64,000 bases of DNA, from assembly GCA_963665115.1 (NCBI GenBank), contig OY762007.1, forward strand, positions 7,840,001-7,904,000, in the 5' to 3' direction. The notes under the pieces were generated by a model that searched no databases, was not told the origin of the DNA, and worked only from the letters and a program-made list of their open reading frames with translations. How positions within the stretch are numbered: the stretch's first letter is position 1; the number at the start of each line of letters is the position of its first letter. This stretch comes from an uncultured Rivularia sp. (GTDB lineage: Bacteria; Cyanobacteriota; Cyanobacteriia; Cyanobacteriales; Nostocaceae). Made by a program: the position numbers and the translations under genes. Shown one piece after another: positions 42,299 through 53,542 of this stretch.

Positions 42299-43929
42299 CT
42301 ACCTTTTCAAAAACTTCTGCCGCATCCGACTAACAAAAAGATTAACTTCTGGTAAATCCATTGTTGAAACTATAATTCCAAAAATTGCTAATCCGACAAA
42401 ACCTGATATTGATAATTGCAAAAGCTGAATTAAGAAATTGTCCGAGCTTAAAATTTGTTGGATACCTAAAGAAGTCGCATAACTTGCCGCACCTGCTACT
42501 ACGCTACCCGCAGTTAACCCTAATATTGGTAAAACCCATTCAACAAGAGGTAAACCATTTAATTTACGGTTGAGTAGGAATAACAGCATTAACGTTGAGC
42601 TACAATTAACTCCCACAGTTGCTAATACTAAACCCGGTGCGCCAAAATCAAAAACTTTAATAAATAGATAATCAAATAAACCATTAAGAAAAATGTTTAT
42701 CATACTGATACGAAATGGTGTGTTTCCATCACCCAAAGCGTAAAAAACTCTGACTAAAACATCGCGCCCTAAATAAATAAACATACCGATGCCATTCACA
42801 ACCAGCAAAGAAGCAACCAATTTTGTAGCTTCTGGGTTAAAAGCACCGCGCTCGTAGACTATTTTTACAATCGGGTTTGCTAAAGCCACCATCAAAGCAC
42901 CCAAAGGCAACATTGTAAAAGCCGAAAGCAATAAACCCTCACGAATGCGTAATTTTAATTCTTCCCAATTTTGTGGATCTGCGAGTCGTGCAAACACTGG
43001 TAGCAAACGCACCAAAATTACATTAGAAATAATACCCAAAGGAGTTTGTACTAACAATCCAGCATTTGCGAGAGCAGGTGCAACTTCAGTACCAATAAAT
43101 CCAGCGAAATACAAATCGGTGTAAAGATTAAATTGCAGCATCCCAGAAGAAAAAGTTGCAGGGCCCCCATTATTTTCAGGACTTCCTTTACTGCTGGTTG
43201 ATTAAAGTCGAATCGCAATCGAATTCTGCCCATACCCGCTTTTGTTTGGGCTGCTATCTGCATAAACCATTGCAAAATAGCTCCTACCAAAGTTCCTACA
43301 GCTAAAAAGGTTCCTCCCAACATTGCATATTCGGGAGTACTAATTTCATTACCAACTTGCAGATAAAGAATGCCCACAGCCGCTACAAGTGCAGTACTAG
43401 AAAACAAAGGGCTGATAGAAGGAAGCCAATATACGTTCGCAGTATTCAACGCCCCAAAACCAATACCAATCAAACCCGCTAAAACCGCCATTGGAGCCAT
43501 AATTCGCAATTGACGGATAGCAATTTCTTGAACTAACTGCTTACCTGGGCCGTCTTCAACAGGCATTGTAAAAAGATCGACAAACAAAGGTGCGGTGATG
43601 ACTATAACGATTGAGACAACAAATAGTATTCCACCAATCAGCGTCGTAATCGTTTCCAGCAACGGCGCTGCTTCCTCCTTTTTGCGCTTAGCTAAAACGC
43701 TAACTACAGCGCTATAAAAAGGGCCGTTGATACCGCCAAGCAAAATCAGCAAAAATCCCGGTATCGTATAAGCGTATTGGAAAGCAGCAGCAGCAGGCCC
43801 CAAACCAAAAGCGGCAGATATAACCAGCTGCCGCACCAAACCAAAAATTTTACTAATTAAAGTGGCAGCGGCAATAATGCCAGCAATACCAGCAAACGAA
43901 CGAGAAGGTTTATCCTGTTGTTTTGTCAC
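42299..43929 (-). CDS. murJ: Lipid II flippase MurJ (MviN), split by +2 insertion at 43161-43168
   Basis: [36 protein letters not shown]; removing 2 nt gives [16 protein letters not shown] and joins both ORFs. Confidence 0.9.
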
Positions 43930-44119
43930 AAATATTACCCGACAATATTCTCATTAAACATAGCTGAAAGTATTTAACCAGAAATTAAGTTAGTAGTCAG
44001 GGAAAATTTGATAAAAAAAGGTTGAAGAGTTAGGAGTTAGGAATTAGGAATTAGGAGTTAAGAGTTATTTTCTACCCCCTCTACCCCCTCTTCCCCCTCT
44101 ACCCCCTCTCCTCATCTCC

Positions 44120-44626
44120 CTACCGACAACCCAAGCTATACCGCGTCTCCACACCAGTTTCCGGGTTCACCCCCGAAGCGCGATCGCACATTAATTTCAC
44201 CTGATAGCGATCGATGATGGCATCTGTAAAATCGGCTCCGGTAATATCAGCGTCAAAAAAGCGAGTGCGGCTCATTGTTGCTTGTGTAAAGTTGGCATTT
44301 TTCAGATTGGCGTTATCCAGCGTTACTTGATCTACCAAAGCATTTGTAAAATTTGCCCCTTCTAAATTAGCTCCTAACAAATTGCCTTTGGTAAACATCG
44401 CATTTGTTAAATCAGAACCTTGAAAATTCGTTCCCCGCATTTCGGCGGCAATAAAATTGACTCCGACTAACTCTTTATTAGAGAAATCGCGGTTTTCTAA
44501 ATTTGTACTGCTGTAATTAATCGTGTCTATTTGAGCAAAAGCTGGATGAGCATCTAGTAGTACCCACAACCAAGCCAAACATAAAACGAACAGCAAACTT
44601 AAAAAGCGAAAAAGGATTTTTTTCAT
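44120..44626 (-). CDS. Secreted/lumenal pentapeptide repeat protein
   Basis: Signal peptide ending PAFA, pentapeptide repeats, C...[21 protein letters not shown] at 44626. Confidence 0.9.
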   Translation of the reverse strand: MKKILFRFLSLLFVLCLAWLWVLLDAHPAFAQIDTINYSSTNLENRDFSNKELVGVNFIAAEMRGTNFQGSDLTNAMFTKGNLLGANLEGANFTNALVDQVTLDNANLKNANFTQATMSRTRFFDADITGADFTDAIIDRYQVKLMCDRASGVNPETGVETRYSLGCR

Positions 44627-44709
44627 AATCTTTAAATTTGGATAGTAGATAGCGGTTAGTGGATAGTGGTTAGTAGAAAAACCAACAACCAACAACTAAC
44701 AACTAACAA

Positions 44710-46149
44710 CTACTCCCAATCTTTCCCAATACGTATTGTTAGGTCAGATTCTATATCGCCAGTGGCGGATACATCAATATGATTGATCCCTAAAATTTGC
44801 TGTAATTCTTGTGCTGCTGCTATATTTCCTTTTTGGACTATGATTTCGGGTTTTGCTCGTTTATCCGGCCAGTTGGGCACGGCGTAAACTTTTGTAAAGC
44901 CTTGTTTTTTAAGGGTTTCGATAAGTTTTTGAGTTTGTTCGGGGCGATTATCTGTATTTTGAACGGCAATTCTTAAGCTGGTAAGCGGTTTGTTACTTTG
45001 CCTGAGACTAGCTAGGTTTACTCCGGTGTAATCGGAAAGTAAGTTACCTTGTCCGGTCAAATTTAACCAGTAACTGTCAGGATCTGCACTCAAACGGCTG
45101 AATATTCCCGGTAACATGGTCATTTGAAAATCGTCTTTCTCCACTTTTAAAGTGAAGTTGACTAAAGCCATCATTTCTTCCAGCTTTAAGTTGGTGTCAA
45201 AGTACTTCCGCATTACGCGAGTTAACTGCGGTAAGCGAGGTAATACTTTCGGACTCCAAAGACGTTCGCGCAAAGCTAACAACATTGTTTGCTGTCGCTG
45301 GACTCTTTCCAAATCGCCGGAAGCTTCTTCACGGTAACGGACGTATTGTTCTGCTTGTTCCCCGTTTAAAGTTTGCCAACCACCGACTAAATCAATCGAT
45401 AGGTTTTGAGCCGAATCTCTGTACTGCATGGTTTTAGGTACAAATACTTCTACTCCTCCCAACTGGTCTACTAACTGCTGCATTCCAGCGGTAGAAATAC
45501 GAATGTAGCGATGAATTGGCGCATTACTCAAACTACGACTGACGACTCGCACTGCTAAAACTGGGCCACCAAATGCGTTGGCTTGGGATACCTTATTTAA
45601 TCCCTCTTCAGGAATTGAAATCATCGTACCCTTGGGAATCGAAAGTACCCGAATGCTTTTATTTTGAGGATTAACTCTTACCAGCAGCATGGTATCGCTA
45701 GTTCCAGCAAAACTTTCTGGCGAACCTTCAACCGTACCGGGTACGGGTTCGATTCCCAAAACCAAAATATTCATTGGTTTTTTAAGCTGGTATTGCGAAA
45801 TATCACTCCACAAAGTTCCAGGTAACGGCGCATCATCAGCATCTATTGGCGACCATCCCAACTCCGAATCACTTTTTTCGATGCCGCTCCATAACGGAGT
45901 CCAAAGCGCCAAACTTGATACCAGTAACCCCGATAAAGTAATCCCCATTACAACTGTGAGAATCCAGAACAGCCATCTGGGCATTGACAAGCCCAGCCGA
46001 TAATAAAGCTGACTGGGAATAGAACCCGTTTTTTTGGTTGTTTTAGGCTCAATATTGATTAAATCACCGTCTACAGGAGCTTGACTCTGTAATTCTTGCT
46101 CCCGTTCGTAAATATCCTGATTTTCCCAACTTTCTACTTGTTTAACCAC
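44710..46149 (-). CDS. LCP (LytR-CpsA-Psr) family protein with LytR_C domain
   Basis: TM helix, SDTMLL, LSIPK, LVDQLGGV, DLERVQRQQ, SDLTIRIGKDW. Confidence 0.9.
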   Translation of the reverse strand: MVKQVESWENQDIYEREQELQSQAPVDGDLINIEPKTTKKTGSIPSQLYYRLGLSMPRWLFWILTVVMGITLSGLLVSSLALWTPLWSGIEKSDSELGWSPIDADDAPLPGTLWSDISQYQLKKPMNILVLGIEPVPGTVEGSPESFAGTSDTMLLVRVNPQNKSIRVLSIPKGTMISIPEEGLNKVSQANAFGGPVLAVRVVSRSLSNAPIHRYIRISTAGMQQLVDQLGGVEVFVPKTMQYRDSAQNLSIDLVGGWQTLNGEQAEQYVRYREEASGDLERVQRQQTMLLALRERLWSPKVLPRLPQLTRVMRKYFDTNLKLEEMMALVNFTLKVEKDDFQMTMLPGIFSRLSADPDSYWLNLTGQGNLLSDYTGVNLASLRQSNKPLTSLRIAVQNTDNRPEQTQKLIETLKKQGFTKVYAVPNWPDKRAKPEIIVQKGNIAAAQELQQILGINHIDVSATGDIESDLTIRIGKDWE

Positions 46150-46264
46150 AACTCACTCCCCACTAACCAATCCCTAAACGTTATGTTAATTCAAGCCAAA
46201 AATGTTGCCACTTTAAAAGCCCACTGTACACTTGAAGTGTCGTAAATTAGGTTGGTAAGACAAC

Positions 46265-47329
46265 ATGACTAGTCGATTTTTCCCCGTAATTCTTGCAGGT
46301 GGTAAAGGCGAACGTTTTTGGCCTCTTTCTCGACGAACCCGACCGAAGCAATTTTTAAATCTTGATGGCACCTCTCGAAGCTTAATGCAAGCCACTGCTG
46401 ACCGGCTGCTACCGCTAACTGATGGTTGGGATTCCTTATGGGTGATAACTTCTAGTCTCATCGCAGAAGGCGTGAAAGAGCAATTACCAGAATTGCCTGA
46501 AGCTAACTTGCTTGTAGAACCACAAGGAAGAGATACAGCAGCAGCAGTTGCCTGGGCTAGTTTGGAAATTAAAAAGCGTTATGGTGAAGACGCGATTATT
46601 GGTTTTTTCCCTGCCGATCACTGGATTGCCGACCAGGAGGCATTTGCAAGTACATTAAGTGCAGCAGCAGAATTAGCGGCAAATAATCCGGCGATTGTAA
46701 CTTTGGGGATCAAACCAACATTTCCATCAACAGGCTACGGCTACATAGAACAAGGTGAAAAGTTTGGTAGCTTTAACAACTTGCCAGCCTACCACGTTAA
46801 CCGCTTTACTGAAAAGCCCGACCGCGACACGGCGGAAACTTTTTTACAAACGGGACGCTTTAGCTGGAACAGCGGAATGTTCTTTTTTCGAGCAGGGGTT
46901 GTTATCAAAGAATTATATAATTATGCTCCAGAAATAATCGAACCTATCGAAAAAAACGGTCCTTCTATTTATCCCGAACTCCCCAAACTAAGTGTAGACT
47001 ATGCCTTGATGGAAAAGACCAAGCTAGCATACGTCCTACCAGTAGAATTTGGCTGGGACGATCTAGGAGACTGGAACGCCATTGAAAGACTGCTCAAAAA
47101 AGAAACAGACGCAAATGTCGAATTAGCTACTCATGTAGGATTGGACACCAAAGGAGCCATTCTCTACGCCAGCAATGATGATGATGTAATTGTTACTATT
47201 GGCTTGGAAGATGTAGTCGTCGTTCGCGACCAGAATGTCACCCTAATCGTCAAAAAAGAACGCACCCAAGAAATCAAGCAGGTACTTAAAAATCTACAGT
47301 CGGATTCCCGCTTTACCGAACTACTTTAA
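46265..47329 (+). CDS. manC: Mannose-1-phosphate guanylyltransferase
   Basis: ILAGGKGERFWPLSR, PKQF, PADH, TGYGYI, FTEKP, WNSGMF, WDDLGDW. Confidence 0.92.
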   Translation: MTSRFFPVILAGGKGERFWPLSRRTRPKQFLNLDGTSRSLMQATADRLLPLTDGWDSLWVITSSLIAEGVKEQLPELPEANLLVEPQGRDTAAAVAWASLEIKKRYGEDAIIGFFPADHWIADQEAFASTLSAAAELAANNPAIVTLGIKPTFPSTGYGYIEQGEKFGSFNNLPAYHVNRFTEKPDRDTAETFLQTGRFSWNSGMFFFRAGVVIKELYNYAPEIIEPIEKNGPSIYPELPKLSVDYALMEKTKLAYVLPVEFGWDDLGDWNAIERLLKKETDANVELATHVGLDTKGAILYASNDDDVIVTIGLEDVVVVRDQNVTLIVKKERTQEIKQVLKNLQSDSRFTELL

Positions 47330-47371
47330 CGTAACTATAAAGTAACTATGTCTTAAGGATTATTTATTAGG

Positions 47372-47413
47372 GATTGGGTAGCGGTGAAATACAAAAATCC
47401 ACCCTACCCAATC
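47372..47413. terminator. Stem-loop after manC (terminator or REP-like)
   Basis: GATTGGGTAG...CTACCCAATC inverted repeat. Confidence 0.55.
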
Positions 47414-47646
47414 GCCCATATTTAAAACCTAATACCTAAAGTCCTTCATGAAAAATAAAACCTCAAACCCTTGACAGAAGCGCAAAGCCTATTTTTCCTA
47501 CTAGTATAACTATTCAGTCAGTTTTCAGGGGGATTGGGCATAGGGCAAGGTTAAGAATAATTTACTCCCAATTCGCTACTCATTACTTGCTACTCCCTAC
47601 TCTCTACTCCTAACTATTCCCAATTCCTATTAATTACTATTAAAAA

Positions 47647-49297
47647 ATGTTTCTAACCCAAACCGTTCCTCGCCAAAGAGAAATTATTGAAGTTTTATTC
47701 CGCAATGGCTGGGATTATATGCGAAGGCTGATTACTCTTGGTAAAGCCGATGAACCCCAGTTACCTCCTCCTGCGGTTTTAAAAAATATTTTGGTAGATT
47801 TGGGTCCGGTTTATATTAAGCTGGGCCAATTACTTTCTACTCGTCCGGATTTGCTGAGTGCTTCTTATATTGACGAACTTTCGACTTTACAAGATGATGT
47901 ACCACCCGTACCTTGGGCTGATGTCGAAATACTCATTCGCAAGCAGTTGAAGGGGCCCTTTAGAAGAAAGTTTTTCTACAATTAATCCGGTACCTGTAGC
48001 TGCGGGTTCTATTGCTCAAACACATAAAGCTATTCTTGCAAGCGGGCAAGAAGTGGCGATGAAGGTGCAGCGTCCGGGAATTGGTTTGATTGTTGACCAA
48101 GATATTGCTTTAATTCAAGGTATCGCCGAATTAGTCGCTCGTACTGATTTTGGACAAGCTAATGATATAAAGGCGATCGCCGATGAATTTTGTACAGCAT
48201 TACAAGCAGAATTAGATTTTACGCGGGAAGCTGGTTTTACCGATCAGCTACGACGCAATTTATCCGAAGGTAGCTGGTTCGATCCTAAAGATATAGTAGT
48301 TGCCGAAATCTACTGGGAGTTAACTTCGCCAAAATTAATGGTGATGGAATGGCTCGATGGTGCGCCAATTTTATCGGCAACTATACCCAACGAGAATAAT
48401 AAAGAAACGAATCAGGAAACAGAACGTCAAAGAGTTACCAGTTTGTTATTTGCTGTTTTTTGTCAGCAACTATATGTAGATGGTTTCTTTCATGCAGATC
48501 CCCATCCCGGCAACATATTTTATCTTAATGATGGTCGCGTAGCCTTGTTAGACTGCGGTATGGTAGGAAGACTCGACCCCCGCACCCAGCAAATATTGAT
48601 AGAAATGCTGCTCGCTATTGTGGATTTAGATGCTCCCAGGTGCGCTCAGTTGACTTTGCAGTTATCGGGTGCATCTGAGGCAGTGGATATGTCACGTCTG
48701 GAAGGTGATTTTGACAGGATGCTGCGAAAATACTTCAATCTCAGCTTAGCTCAACTTAATTTTTCTGAGATAGTTTACGAAGTTTTTCAAGTTGCTCGCA
48801 ACAACAATATCCGCTTACCCAGCAACATGGGACTATACGCTAAAACCATCGCCAATTTAGAAGGATTAGCTAGAGGATTTAACCCAGAAATCAATTTCCT
48901 CGAAGAAATCAAACCTTTTTTAACAGACTTATTCCGCAAACAGCTAGTTGGGGATTCACCAGTTCGTTCCCTTTTGAGAACAGCATTAGATTTAAAAAGT
49001 CTTTCCCTACAATTCCCCCGTCAAATCGAATACTTGTTAGAGAAGGTAACAACAGAAACCTTACAGTGGAACTTAACAGTAAAAGGTTTAGAAGGATTGC
49101 GCCGCACCACAGACGCAGCAGCCAATAGACTATCTTTTAGCGTCCTAGTAGGTTCCCTGATAATGGGTGCAGCAATTATATCCACCAATGCACAAACCGC
49201 CCAGTTATCTTTAATTAGTAATATCCTGTTTGCTGCCGCGAGTTTATTAGGGCTGTGGTTAATTGTCAGTATTATACGCTCCGGGAGATTGCGCTAG
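47647..49297 (+). CDS. ABC1/AarF/UbiB family kinase, split by +1 insertion at 47952-47961
   Basis: LGPVYIKLGQLLSTRPDLL; removing 1 nt gives KGPLEESFSTINPVPVAAGSIAQ; KVQRP, FHADPHPGN, LDCGMVG. Confidence 0.9.
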
Positions 49298-49510
49298 GAG
49301 GGGAGATGGGGGGACAAGGGGACAAGGTGATGGGGTGAAAATAAGTTTAGAGTTAGGAGTTAGGAGTAGTGGGAGCATCTTGCTCCCTTGCTGTTTCTAA
49401 ACGGGAAAAATGCATGATACCTAATTCCCAATGCCCAATCCCCCATCCCCAATGCCCAATTACCAATTACCAATTACCAATTACCAATTACCAATTACCA
49501 ATTCCCATTT
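49298..49510. repeat. Composite intergenic repeat (purine-rich units, REP palindrome, CCAATTA heptamers)
   Basis: Same components as 27440-27618 and 33237-33415. Confidence 0.82.
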
Positions 49511-49561
49511 TTCCCTTAAACCTTTAATGTTAGATATAATGCACCGTTTGAAATAAGATAT

Positions 49562-50548
49562 ATGTCTATCATAATTGCTCAGGATTTGAGCAAAGTTTAT
49601 CCAGTCGCTATTAAGAAACCGGGTATTAAAGGTACAGTTTCTCATTTCTTTCGCCGCAAGTACCGGGAAATTAAAGCTGTTAATAATGTATCTTTTGAAA
49701 TTGCACCCGGTGAGGTGGTGGGTTTTTTGGGGGCAAACGGTGCGGGGAAAACTACTACTCTCAAAATGCTGACTGGGTTAATCCATCCGAGTAGCGGTAA
49801 TGTACGAGTTGCAGGAAACATTCCGTTTAGTCGTAAAGAAGCTTTTTTGCAGCAAATTACGTTGGTAATGGGACAAAAACAGCAGTTGTTATGGGATTTA
49901 CCGGCTCTGGATTCTTTAAAAATTAACGCTGCTGTTTACAGTATTCCCGATAAAGAATTTCGTCGTCGAGTGGGAGAGTTAACGGAAATGCTTTCACTCG
50001 AAGATAAATTAACTCAACCCGTGCGAAAAATGTCTTTGGGTGAGCGCATGAAGGCTGAACTATTAGCGGCACTTTTACATCGTCCCCAGGTATTATTTTT
50101 GGATGAACCGACTTTAGGATTGGATGTCAACGCTCAAGTTAATGTCCGGGATTTTTTGCGGGAATACAATCAGCGCTATCAAGCAACAGTTTTGTTAACC
50201 AGTCACTACATGGCGGATATCACAGCTTTGTGCAAGCGGGTGCTGTTGATTCATCAAGGGCAATTAATGTATGACGGTAGTTTAGATGGACTTTTAGAAA
50301 GATTTGCGCCTTATCGAGTGGTTAATGTGGAGCTAGCGCAAACTGTAGACTTAGTTAAATTAGAGACATTTGGTGAAGTTAAAGCGCATGACGGCAGAAT
50401 GGCTGGTTTTATGATTCCTCAAGAGAAACTTACCAGTACGGTGTCGCGTATTTTAAATGAATTAGAAGTAGTCGATTTGACTGTTACAGAACCACCTGTA
50501 GAGGAAGTAATTGGGAAAGTATTTCAAGCGGGAGGGGTTGGCAGTTAG
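49562..50548 (+). CDS. ABC-2 type transporter ATP-binding protein
   Basis: GANGAGKT Walker A, MSLGERM signature, LFLDEPT, TSH. Confidence 0.92.
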   Translation: MSIIIAQDLSKVYPVAIKKPGIKGTVSHFFRRKYREIKAVNNVSFEIAPGEVVGFLGANGAGKTTTLKMLTGLIHPSSGNVRVAGNIPFSRKEAFLQQITLVMGQKQQLLWDLPALDSLKINAAVYSIPDKEFRRRVGELTEMLSLEDKLTQPVRKMSLGERMKAELLAALLHRPQVLFLDEPTLGLDVNAQVNVRDFLREYNQRYQATVLLTSHYMADITALCKRVLLIHQGQLMYDGSLDGLLERFAPYRVVNVELAQTVDLVKLETFGEVKAHDGRMAGFMIPQEKLTSTVSRILNELEVVDLTVTEPPVEEVIGKVFQAGGVGS

Positions 50549-50647
50549 CAGTTAGCAGTTATCAGTTAACAATTACCAATTACGAGTTGGAGAATATCTG
50601 TTTATATTAGCGAGGAGCGAGAACGTTAGTACTCAACTTGCTAAACG

Positions 50648-50911
50648 CTATTCATAATGAGTCCACATCCGCAAAATTTTCACTGTATTTTCAGACTCAA
50701 TCACCTCGTACACGAGACGATGCTGAATATTAATTCGCCGCGAATATGCACCTTCCAAATCTCCCACTAATTTTTCGTAGGGTGGTGGATTCTCAAATGG
50801 ATTGATTTGAATAATGTCTAGTAGAGCTTGCGCTTTATCTCGTAAATTACTAGAAGCTAGCTTTTTGGCATCTTTCTGCGCCTGTTTTGTATAAACTAAA
50901 TCCCAACTCAC
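50648..50911 (-). CDS. yoeB: Txe/YoeB mRNA interferase toxin
   Basis: NPFENPPPYEKLVGDLEGAYSRRINIQHRLVY...HYE; GTGA overlap with antitoxin stop. Confidence 0.9.
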   Translation of the reverse strand: MSWDLVYTKQAQKDAKKLASSNLRDKAQALLDIIQINPFENPPPYEKLVGDLEGAYSRRINIQHRLVYEVIESENTVKILRMWTHYE

Positions 50912-51153
50912 CATTCCAATGCGCGATCGCACTCCTCAATCGGTGTTGCTAGTCCCTCCCGAATCGATTCTCGCATTCCTGGAACTGAAAGAAGATATAA
51001 TGTTTCCTGCACCGATGCCCAATCAGCTTCAGATAACAACACTGCATTGCTATGCTCTCCTGCGATAATGATGGGCTGATGCGACTGGCTCACCGAATCA
51101 ATCAAATTCTGCAACTGCTGCTGAGCTTTATTGACTGGAATCATAACTTTCAA
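50908..51153 (-). CDS. yefM: Phd/YefM antitoxin
   Basis: LIDSVSQSHQPIII, AVLLSEADWASVQETLYLLS. Confidence 0.88.
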   Translation of the reverse strand: MKVMIPVNKAQQQLQNLIDSVSQSHQPIIIAGEHSNAVLLSEADWASVQETLYLLSVPGMRESIREGLATPIEECDRALEW

Positions 51154-51376
51154 TTTTGGGGTTGTAAAAGCTTATATATTTTAATCAATTTTAATGCTCT
51201 GACAAATTCTACAAATATCTTTCTTGAAAATACCAATTACGGCATCGCAGCAAGAAATACTTAAAATCCCACAATCCCTCACTTCAGATAATTCTCTTTT
51301 ATTTCTCTAAGTAGATTTATCATTTATTTCTACAAGCTAAATTTACAAATATTATTAATATTTTCATCTTGATGAT

Positions 51377-52495
51377 ATGCAGTTACAACTGAAAAATGAA
51401 CTTGTAAAACAGGAGGTTAAAGCCGCTCTAGCTGTTGAGCCTGCGGAATCTGCCGAGATTGTTGGTTTGCTTTATGTAACAGATGCGACTCCGGGTATCA
51501 AGCGTCAACGCAAGGGTAAGGGATTTTGTTATTACGATGCGGAAGGTAATAAAATCTGTTGCGAAGATGAATTAAATAGAATCAAAGCCCTCGTTATACC
51601 TCCAGCTTGGGATGAAGTCTGGATTTGTGCAGATACTTGCGGGCATTTACAGGCTACGGGAAGAGATGAAAAGGGACGCAAGCAGTATAGATATCACGCA
51701 CATTGGCGGAAAATTCGTTCTCAAACTAAGTTTAATCGCACAATTGCTTTCGGTTTGGCTTTACCTAAAATTCGGGAACAGGTACAAAAAGATTTAAGAA
51801 AACACGGTTTACCTAAAGAGAAAGTTTTGGCAGCTACTGTAAAACTTTTAGAAACTACTAAAATTCGCGTCGGTAACGAGCAGTATGCCCAAAGGAATAA
51901 GTCTTTTGGCTTAACGACAATGAAACAGCGTCATGTTGATATTTCCGGTTCGCGGTTGCGATTTAAGTTTCGTGGTAAAAGTGGTGTAGATCACGATATT
52001 GAATTGTGCGATCGCCGTTTAGCAAAGATTGTTAAGCGAATTCAAGAATTACCAGGGCAAGAGTTGTTTCAATTTATAGATGATAACGATAAACGTCAGT
52101 CAATTGATTCTGGCGATGTTAATGATTATCTCAAAGAAATTACCGATTTAGATTTTACTGCCAAAGATTTTCGTACCTGGTTTGGAACCGTATTAGCAGC
52201 AGAAGAATTATACGAATTGGGCGAATCTGAATCGGAAAAACAAGCCAAGAAAAATATTGTTCAAGCAATTAAAAATGTAGCTGAAGAATTAGGAAATCGT
52301 CCTGCAACCTGCCGTAAATATTACGTTCATCCAGGAATTTTAGTGGCATATCAAGACGGTTCGTTATTTGCAGAAATCGAAAAAGAAGATTTAAAAGAAA
52401 ATTCCAAAAATAAACTAAAATTACGTCCGGTAGAACAAGCGGTACTAAACATTTTAGAAAAGCATTTGTTGCAAGAAGTTGAAGAAAACGAATAG
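51377..52495 (+). CDS. Bacterial (poxvirus-like) DNA topoisomerase IB
   Basis: IPPAW, GRKQYRY, IRVGNEQY, FRGKSG, KDFRTW, LGNRPATCRKYYVHP (R-K-R-N-Y catalytic pentad). Confidence 0.93.
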   Translation: MQLQLKNELVKQEVKAALAVEPAESAEIVGLLYVTDATPGIKRQRKGKGFCYYDAEGNKICCEDELNRIKALVIPPAWDEVWICADTCGHLQATGRDEKGRKQYRYHAHWRKIRSQTKFNRTIAFGLALPKIREQVQKDLRKHGLPKEKVLAATVKLLETTKIRVGNEQYAQRNKSFGLTTMKQRHVDISGSRLRFKFRGKSGVDHDIELCDRRLAKIVKRIQELPGQELFQFIDDNDKRQSIDSGDVNDYLKEITDLDFTAKDFRTWFGTVLAAEELYELGESESEKQAKKNIVQAIKNVAEELGNRPATCRKYYVHPGILVAYQDGSLFAEIEKEDLKENSKNKLKLRPVEQAVLNILEKHLLQEVEENE

Positions 52496-52659
52496 CTTTG
52501 CTTTTATTTGTGTTGGATTATGATTTATTATATAACAGTAATTTATGATTTTTCTCCTTCGTACTATAGATTTATTTTTAAGCATAAAAGTATAAAGTAA
52601 CAGTCAGTGAGATGAAATCATCAAGCAGTTATGAAATGTAGAACTGATAACTGACAACT

Positions 52660-52745
52660 GTATGTCCCTATGCCCTCCGGGCACGCAATACAAATAGGTA
52701 CGCTTCGCTAGCCGCTAATGGGACACGCTCCGCTAACGCTAACAC
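52660..52745. repeat. Nested small dispersed repeats within a heptamer array
   Basis: ATGCCCTCCGGGCACGC and ACGCTTCGCTA/ACGCTCCGCTAAC units between ACTGATA/ACTGACA heptamers. Confidence 0.6.
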
Positions 52746-52765
52746 TGATTCCTGGTAACTGAAAA

Positions 52766-53443
52766 ATGGATAAATTAAATATTGACGTAAATACGGATTT
52801 GCTCAAAGCAATTCAAGGACACGCTGACGGTATTTCATTTGAAGGTAAAGGATTAAAGTTAAAAGATATTCGCCTTTCTGAAATTAAGTTCAAAACCGAT
52901 GATATTGATATTAACCCGCTCAAGGTTTTATTTGGCGAAGTTGAATTAGATCACCCAGTAAACGCAGAAACTCGGATTGTTTTAAAAGAAGCCGATCTCA
53001 ACCAAGCTTTAAAATTAGATTTAGTTCGCAATGTACTGTATGAGTTTTTGACATTCCATACTGAAAAATCAATTGTTAGCATTTATCCTAAAAATATCCA
53101 ATTTATTTTACCTGGAAATAGCAAAATTGTAATTGAAGGGGAAATAATTTTAGATTCAGGTTCCGAAAAGAAACCTTTGGGTTTAAGGGCTGATGTACGC
53201 TTGGAATCTTTAGACAAGCCGATTGTACTTGATGGCTTTAAATGTAATACCCCAGAAGGAATTGAGTTAGAAATTATGGTTGCATTAATAGACAAAATCC
53301 ATAAGCTGAGAAAATCGCCTTATTTTGAATTAAAAGATGCAGCTTTACGAATTAATACTCTGGATGTGCAACAGGGTAGTATAATTTTGCAAGCGCAAGC
53401 TAATTTAGAAAAAATTCCCGAAAACATACCCTTTGCGGAATAA
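52766..53443 (+). CDS. LmeA/DUF2993 family protein
   Basis: DDIDINPLKVLFGEVELDHPV, IVLKEADLNQAL. Confidence 0.8.
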   Translation: MDKLNIDVNTDLLKAIQGHADGISFEGKGLKLKDIRLSEIKFKTDDIDINPLKVLFGEVELDHPVNAETRIVLKEADLNQALKLDLVRNVLYEFLTFHTEKSIVSIYPKNIQFILPGNSKIVIEGEIILDSGSEKKPLGLRADVRLESLDKPIVLDGFKCNTPEGIELEIMVALIDKIHKLRKSPYFELKDAALRINTLDVQQGSIILQAQANLEKIPENIPFAE

Positions 53444-53542
53444 ATTTAATTGCACGGTTATATGACTGGGGTATGATGTAACTTTTTGCGGGAATCACTA
53501 ATATAAACTAATCAATATATTCCATATCTAGAACTATTAACT

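Noticed and set aside
51377..52495. Tyrosine recombinase/integrase marking a prophage
   Set aside because: Motifs match topoisomerase IB, and no phage genes or att-like repeats were seen
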